Below are positions 1 to 4,097 of a stretch of 6,833 nt of DNA, piece after piece. This stretch comes from a virus. Its lineage: Duplodnaviria; Heunggongvirae; Uroviricota; Caudoviricetes. The notes under the pieces are model-generated. The model was not told the DNA's origin. It made no database searches and was given only the letters and a program-made list of their open reading frames with translations. Within the stretch, counting starts at the first letter, position 1. Each line of letters starts with the position of its first letter. The stretch is from the IMG/VR virus record IMGVR_UViG_2663762857_000020; one strand, written 5' to 3'. The position numbers and the translations under genes are program-made.

Positions 1-50
1 TGATTGACAGTGTGAAGGTGGAAGTGAACAACGCGGATGCCGCGGCATGA
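1..50 (+). CDS. 3' end of an upstream gene (C-terminus ...IDSVKVEVNNADAAA*); product unknown, position suggests the late antiterminator Q but this is unverified
   Basis: Only the frame starting at nt 3 is open through the window edge, ending at TGA 48-50; E. coli-like codon choice. Only 15 codons visible, so weak. Confidence 0.35.
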   Translation, partial: IDSVKVEVNNADAAA

Positions 51-88
51 TAAAAAAAGCCGCCAGCGGCAGGAATGGAAGCTGGCGG
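51..88 (-). terminator. Putative intrinsic-terminator-like hairpin, oriented for the minus strand
   Basis: 8-bp GC-rich stem (60-67 CCGCCAGC pairs with 81-88 GCTGGCGG), 13-nt loop, immediately flanked by an A7 run at 52-58 on the + strand, which is a U-run after the stem on the minus strand. No U-tract follows the stem on the + strand. Confidence 0.3.
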
Positions 89-185
89 AGGTAATCCCAA
101 TGGAGAATGTAAAGAAAAGATGCTTTCGTATATCGGTCTTTTAAATGAAAACAGTTCTCATTGTCAACCATAACGGTAATAAACT

Positions 186-380
186 ATGACATTTATTCAT
201 CAGGTGATGCTGTACTTCTGTACGGCGGTCTGTGTGCTGTATCTTCTTTCGGGTGGGTACAGGGCAGTGCGCGATTTCTGGCGCAGGCAGATTGATAAAA
301 GGGCCGCAGAGAAAATCAGCGCCAGTCAGTCAGCCGGAGCAAAAACAGAAGCCCCACTCATTCCGGAACAACCTTCTTAA
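186..380 (+). CDS. Hypothetical small protein (64 aa) with one predicted N-terminal transmembrane helix
   Basis: ORF from the six-frame track; hydrophobic stretch VMLYFCTAVCVLYLLSGGY followed by a charged tail. No clear Shine-Dalgarno; no homolog recognised. Confidence 0.3.
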   Translation: MTFIHQVMLYFCTAVCVLYLLSGGYRAVRDFWRRQIDKRAAEKISASQSAGAKTEAPLIPEQPS

Positions 381-405
381 TAACCCCTTTCAACGAGAAA
401 ATCCT

Positions 406-696
406 ATGTCAGAAATAAAATCGCTGGTCACTGCTGAGGCAGTGAAGGAAGTCCTGCGCTCTGAAGAAGTCCGGAGCGCACTGAAACAGCAACTTCGGCA
501 GAACCTTGAGGCGCGTCTTGATGCAGAAGTGGATTCAATTCTGGATGAATTGCTTGGTGCACAGCCGGAACCATCCCCGGAACTGCTTCCGGAACCACAG
601 GCGGAAGATGTCACCACGGAAAATGGTGATATTCAGCCGGAGCCACCGGTGACGGATATGACAGACACACAGCCAGAATCGGGCACAATGCTGTAA
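406..696 (+). CDS. Hypothetical acidic protein (96 aa), helical N-terminal half and Pro/Glu-rich C-terminal half
   Basis: ATG at 406 preceded by a weak SD (GAG ~9 nt upstream). The track ORF 232..696 is the same frame with an upstream ATG lacking an RBS and overlapping the 186..380 ORF, so the 406 start is preferred. About 22 D/E versus 7 K/R by hand count. Confidence 0.5.
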   Translation: MSEIKSLVTAEAVKEVLRSEEVRSALKQQLRQNLEARLDAEVDSILDELLGAQPEPSPELLPEPQAEDVTTENGDIQPEPPVTDMTDTQPESGTML

Positions 697-771
697 CGGT
701 GAGTCAGGGTCATCAGTAAAGAGCTGGTGGCCCTTTTGTTGTTGTGAGCTTCCGAGTACGGGAGACGGGGT

Positions 772-987
772 ATGTACCAGATGGAAAAAATCACAACAGG
801 TGTGTCATACACCACGTCAGCGGTGGGAACGGGCTACTGGTTCCTGCAGTTGCTGGACAGGGTTTCCCCGTCTCAGTGGGCGGCAATAGGCGTGCTGGGG
901 AGTCTGTTGTTTGGGCTGCTGACATATCTGACTAACCTGTATTTCAAAATCAGAGAGGACCGTCGTAAGGCGGCGCGGGGAGAGTAA
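772..987 (+). CDS. essQ: Class II holin / pinholin of the phage 21 S21 (EssD/EssQ) family, 71 aa, with dual-start motif
   Basis: Protein [71 protein letters not shown] matches recalled S21/EssD/EssQ sequence nearly residue for residue. Two transmembrane segments, charged C-terminus, Met1 and Met4 starts, strong SD GGGAGACGGGG at 760-770. Confidence 0.9.
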   Translation: MYQMEKITTGVSYTTSAVGTGYWFLQLLDRVSPSQWAAIGVLGSLLFGLLTYLTNLYFKIREDRRKAARGE

Positions 988-991
988 AGCG

Positions 992-1336
992 ATGAAGAAA
1001 AAATACGAACTGGTTGTTAAAGGGATAAATAATTACCCGAATAAGATTACTGTTACTGTGGCACTGGAAATTGGTGGGTATCCGTCACTGTTGTTGCCAG
1101 ATGTGGCGATTAGTCTTGACCGTACTGAAGATGCCACGCTGGAGTTTTACGAAGCTGAGGCGAAAAAGCAGGCGAAGCAGTTTTTCATGGATGTTGCTGC
1201 CGGGTTATGTGAAGGGGATGGTCCGTTGCCGGAAAAGCGCCCCGTAATTTTAGAGGCGCAGGATGTGTTGATAACCTACAGAGGAAAACTACCGGGAATA
1301 ATTACTGGTTCTCTGAAGACTCCACCGCTGGCCTGA
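992..1336 (+). CDS. Small hypothetical protein (114 aa) between holin and endolysin; tentatively DUF1327/YdfR-like
   Basis: ORF starts 4 nt after the holin stop, with GGGGAGAG upstream (translational coupling likely). It occupies the position of ydfR between essQ and rrrQ in the E. coli Qin prophage. The family assignment is from memory of gene order, not sequence comparison. Confidence 0.6.
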   Translation: MKKKYELVVKGINNYPNKITVTVALEIGGYPSLLLPDVAISLDRTEDATLEFYEAEAKKQAKQFFMDVAAGLCEGDGPLPEKRPVILEAQDVLITYRGKLPGIITGSLKTPPLA

Positions 1337-1386
1337 AGACTTAACATATCCAGGGATTTGAAATCGATAAACCCTGATAAATATCC

Positions 1387-2424
1387 ATGAACACCAAAAT
1401 CAAATACGGCCTGTCGGCTGCCGTTCTGGCGCTGATTGCCGCAGGTGCGCCTGCGCCTGAAATCCTCGACCAGTTTCTGGATGAAAAGGAAGGTAACCAC
1501 ACCACGGCATACCGTGATGGCGCGGGTATCTGGACCATCTGCCGCGGTGCCATCCTGGTGGATAGTAAACCTGTCGTTCCGGGCATGAAGTTGTCGAAGG
1601 AAAAATGCGACCAGGTTAACGCCATTGAGCGTGATAAAGCGCTGGCGTGGGTGGAGAAAAACATCAGAGTGCCGCTGACCGAACCCCAGAAAGCGGGGAT
1701 CGCGTCATTCTGTCCGTACAACATTGGTCCCGGTAAGTGTTTCCCGTCGACGTTTTACAGACGAATTAATGCTGGTGATCGCAGGGGAGCATGCGAGGCG
1801 ATTCGCTGGTGGATTAAGGACGGTGAGCGGTATTTTTTCTGTAATGAGCTGAATGAAAAAGGGGAGCCGGTCACCTGGCAGGGGCGGCAATATCAGGCGT
1901 ACCCGATTGAGGGGAGTGGCTTTGAGATGAACGGAAAGGGCAGCAGTGCCCGCCCGTCGCTGACGGTGTCCAATCTTTTCGGCCTTGTCACCGGAATGGC
2001 GGAGGATTTGCAGAGCCTGGTGGGGGCCACGGTGGTCCGCCGCCGGGTGTATGCCCGTTTTCTGGATGCGGTGAATTTCGTTGCGGGCAATCCGGAAGCG
2101 GACCCGGAGCAGGAGCTGAGTGACCGCTGGGTGGTGGAGCAGATGTCGCAGCTGACAGCCATGACGGCCTCGTTTGTGCTGGCCACACCGACCGAGACGG
2201 ACGGGGCGCTGTTTCCCGGTCGTATCATGCTGGCGAACACCTGTATGTGGACCTACCGCTCTGATGAGTGTGGTTACACGGGCGGGGCTGTGGCGGATGA
2301 GTTCGATAAACCCACCACGGATATCCGTAAGGACAGATGCAGCAAGTGCATGCGCGGGTGTGAACTGCGCAGGAATGTCGGCAATTTTGGCGGTTTCCTT
2401 TCCATTAATAAACTTTCGCAGTAA
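1387..2424 (+). CDS. Chimeric ORF (345 aa): SAR-type lysozyme of the R21/RrrD family (T4-lysozyme-like, GH24), residues ~1-146, fused in frame to the C-terminal ~198 residues of lambda-type minor tail protein L
   Basis: N-terminus has a Gly/Ala-rich SAR segment (YGLSAAVLALIAAGAPAP) and the E-8aa-D-5aa-T catalytic spacing (E35, D44, T50 in EGNHTTAYRDGAGIWT). From ERYFFCNELNEKGEPVTWQGRQYQ to the C-terminal NVGNFGGFLSINKLSQ it matches recalled lambda L from about residue 33 onward, including the four C-terminal cysteines. Junction is at codons 146/147 (nt 1822-1827). The lysozyme C-terminus and the L N-terminus are both missing. Confidence 0.8.
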   Translation: MNTKIKYGLSAAVLALIAAGAPAPEILDQFLDEKEGNHTTAYRDGAGIWTICRGAILVDSKPVVPGMKLSKEKCDQVNAIERDKALAWVEKNIRVPLTEPQKAGIASFCPYNIGPGKCFPSTFYRRINAGDRRGACEAIRWWIKDGERYFFCNELNEKGEPVTWQGRQYQAYPIEGSGFEMNGKGSSARPSLTVSNLFGLVTGMAEDLQSLVGATVVRRRVYARFLDAVNFVAGNPEADPEQELSDRWVVEQMSQLTAMTASFVLATPTETDGALFPGRIMLANTCMWTYRSDECGYTGGAVADEFDKPTTDIRKDRCSKCMRGCELRRNVGNFGGFLSINKLSQ

Positions 2425-2434
2425 ATCCCGGTTT

Positions 2435-3178
2435 ATGACACAGACTGAATCAGCGATTCTGGCGCATGCCCGGCGGTGTGCGCCTGCGGAGTCGTGCGGC
2501 TTCGTGATAAGCACGCCGGAGGGCAACCAGTACCAGCCGTGCGTGAATATCTCTGCAGAGCCTGAGGCGTATTTTCGTATCGCACCGGAAGACTGGCTGC
2601 GGGCAGAGATGCAGGGGGAGATTGTGGCACTGGTCCACAGTCATCCCGGTGGTCTGCCCTGGCTGAGCGAGGCTGACCGGCGGCTGCAGATAAAAAGCGC
2701 ACTGCCCTGGTGGCTGGTCAGCCGGGGTGACATTCACAAATTCCGCTGTGTGCCACATCTGACAGGACGGCGCTTTGCGCACGGGGTGACGGACTGTTAC
2801 ACGCTGTTCCGGGATGCATACCATCTGGCAGGCATTGATATGCCGGATTTTCACCGTGAGGATGACTGGTGGTGCAACGGTCAGAACCTTTACCTGGACA
2901 ATATGGAGGAAACGGGCTTTTACCGGGTGCCCCTGTCCTCTGCACTGCCGGGCGATATCCTGCTGTGCTGCTTCGGCGCATCGGTGGCTAATCATGCCGC
3001 CATTTACTGCGGCAACGGTGAACTGCTTCACCATCTGCCTGAACAACTGAGTAAACGGGAGAGGTATTCCGAAAAATGGCAACGACGAACGCATTCTGTC
3101 TGGCGTCACCGCCACTGGCACGCATCTGCCTTCACGGGGATTTACAACGATTTGGCCGCCGCCTCAGCCTGTATGTGA
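2435..3178 (+). CDS. K: Tail tip assembly protein K (MPN/JAMM-like plus NlpC/P60-like domains), 247 aa
   Basis: Near-colinear match to recalled lambda K (MTQTESAILAHARRCAPAESCGFVISTPEG...). HSHPGGLPWLSEAD (HxH...S..D) JAMM-like motif, and NlpC/P60-type Cys (GVTDCYTLF) and His (NHAAIY). Starts 11 nt after the L-fusion stop. Confidence 0.9.
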   Translation: MTQTESAILAHARRCAPAESCGFVISTPEGNQYQPCVNISAEPEAYFRIAPEDWLRAEMQGEIVALVHSHPGGLPWLSEADRRLQIKSALPWWLVSRGDIHKFRCVPHLTGRRFAHGVTDCYTLFRDAYHLAGIDMPDFHREDDWWCNGQNLYLDNMEETGFYRVPLSSALPGDILLCCFGASVANHAAIYCGNGELLHHLPEQLSKRERYSEKWQRRTHSVWRHRHWHASAFTGIYNDLAAASACM

Positions 3179-3756
3179 ACACGGCAGCGGAAGCCATCCG
3201 CGCACTGTCGATGCAGGTGCCGGGCTTTCGCCGTCAGATGAACGAAGGCTGGTACCAGATACGCATTGCCGGTGAGGATACGGCACCGGAGGCGGTGTAT
3301 GCCCGCCTTCACGAACCACTGAGTGAGGGAACGGTTATCCATATTGTGCCGCGACTGGCCGGGGCCGGAAAGGGAGGACTGCAGATTGTGCTGGGGGCGG
3401 CAGCCATCGTGGGCTCTTTCCTCACTGCCGGTGCCTCGATGGCGTTATGGGGTACAGCCCTGAGTGCCGGCGGTTTTTCTGCCACCACGATGCTGTTTTC
3501 ACTGGGGGCCAGCATGATTCTGGGTGGTGTGGCCCAGATGCTGGCCCCGAAGGCAAAAACACCGGATTACCGCGCAACGGATAACGGCAGACAGAACACG
3601 TATTTTTCGTCACTGGACAACATGATTGCCCAGGGTAACCCGATGCCGGTGCCTTACGGGGAAATGCTGGTTGGCTCCCGCCGTATATCCCAGGACATCA
3701 GTACCCGTGATGAAGGCGGGTGCGGAAAGGTCGTGGTTATCGGGCGGCAGGGGTAA
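3076..3756 (+). CDS. I: Tail tip assembly protein I, 226 aa
   Basis: Matches recalled lambda I family (...LHGDLQRFGRRLSLYVNTAAEAIRALSMQVPGFRRQMNEGWYQIRIAGED...). Overlaps the 3' end of K by 103 nt in another frame, the same arrangement I recall for lambda K/I. SD GGGAGAGG at 3057-3064. Confidence 0.9.
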   Translation: MATTNAFCLASPPLARICLHGDLQRFGRRLSLYVNTAAEAIRALSMQVPGFRRQMNEGWYQIRIAGEDTAPEAVYARLHEPLSEGTVIHIVPRLAGAGKGGLQIVLGAAAIVGSFLTAGASMALWGTALSAGGFSATTMLFSLGASMILGGVAQMLAPKAKTPDYRATDNGRQNTYFSSLDNMIAQGNPMPVPYGEMLVGSRRISQDISTRDEGGCGKVVVIGRQG

Positions 3757-3760
3757 AAAG

Positions 3761-3798
3761 AATAAAAAAAATCCCGCAGTGATCGCGGAGCTGCGGGG
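3761..3798 (-). terminator. Rho-independent terminator, minus strand
   Basis: Minus-strand RNA reads CCCCGCAG-(11-nt loop)-CUGCGGG followed directly by UUUUUUUU (+ strand A-run 3763-3770). 7-bp GC-rich stem at 3773-3779 / 3791-3797. No U-tract follows the stem on the + strand. Confidence 0.7.
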
Positions 3799-3858
3799 AC
3801 AGACAAAGATTAGAGTTAAGGAGTTGTTTTTGTTACTCGGGCAAAAAAACACTAACGC
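3762..3858 (-). ncRNA. Candidate small RNA (~95 nt) in the I-J intergenic insert, antisense to the tail operon
   Basis: Bounded by the minus-strand promoter at 3865-3892 (predicted start near G at 3858) and the terminator at 3761-3798. No ATG in the transcribed segment. Predicted RNA has a 5' stem (GUUUUUU / AAAAAC), a single-stranded CA-rich and CU-rich region (AACAAAAACAACUCCUUAACUCUAAUCUUUGUCUGU) and a terminator with U-tail, the layout typical of Hfq-dependent sRNAs. Confidence 0.45.
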
Positions 3859-3864
3859 AGCGAA

Positions 3865-3892
3865 ATTATACGCGCCACAGTCAGTTTGTGAA
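3865..3892 (-). promoter_or_regulatory. Sigma70-type promoter, minus strand: -35 TTCACA, 16-bp spacer, -10 TATAAT
   Basis: Minus strand reads TTCACAaactgactgtggcgcgTATAAT. The -10 is a perfect consensus (+ strand 3865-3870), the -35 is 5/6 (+ strand 3887-3892), and a purine sits 7 nt downstream. Confidence 0.5.
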
Positions 3893-3964
3893 AATGTGAA
3901 GATATTCAGAATTTTTATGCCATTACCGGTTTTTACCAACAGGATTATCGGTGGACATGAAAGA

Positions 3965-3999
3965 AAACCCCGGTATCTGCTGATACCGGGGTTTCTCTT
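3965..3999. terminator. Strong GC-rich hairpin, terminator-like in both orientations
   Basis: Stem AAACCCCGGTATC (3965-3977) pairs with GATACCGGGGTTT (3982-3994) around a 4-nt loop TGCT. Followed on the + strand by TTTCTCTTT; on the minus strand the stem is followed by a U-rich stretch. A second short inverted repeat, AGCATG (4001-4006) / CATGCT (4021-4026), follows. Confidence 0.35.
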
Positions 4000-4097
4000 T
4001 AGCATGGCAGAAATGTGTTTCATGCTTTTCGGGCGAAGGATATCCGACTTCTGTACGGAATGGCAAGTGGCGGTTAATTTATTCAGGGGAAGGCTGT

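Noticed and set aside
390-617. 75-aa minus-strand ORF
   Set aside because: Antisense within the acidic-protein ORF; Ser/Arg-rich low-complexity translation; no signals.
232-696. 154-aa ORF with upstream start at 232
   Set aside because: Same frame as the 406..696 ORF but the upstream ATG has no RBS and the extension overlaps the 186..380 ORF; the extension is low-complexity and Cys-rich at its start.
1705-2526. 273-aa minus-strand ORF
   Set aside because: Lies entirely antisense to the L-fusion and K coding sequence, which have clear homology on the + strand; long antisense ORFs are expected in GC-rich coding DNA.
2450-3121. 223-aa minus-strand ORF
   Set aside because: Antisense to K; no RBS or recognisable protein features; same reasoning as above.
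2174-3178. Extended 334-aa + strand ORF starting at 2174
   Set aside because: It is the K reading frame run upstream into the 3' end of the L-fusion gene; the start at 2435 matches the recalled K N-terminus and sits just after the upstream stop.
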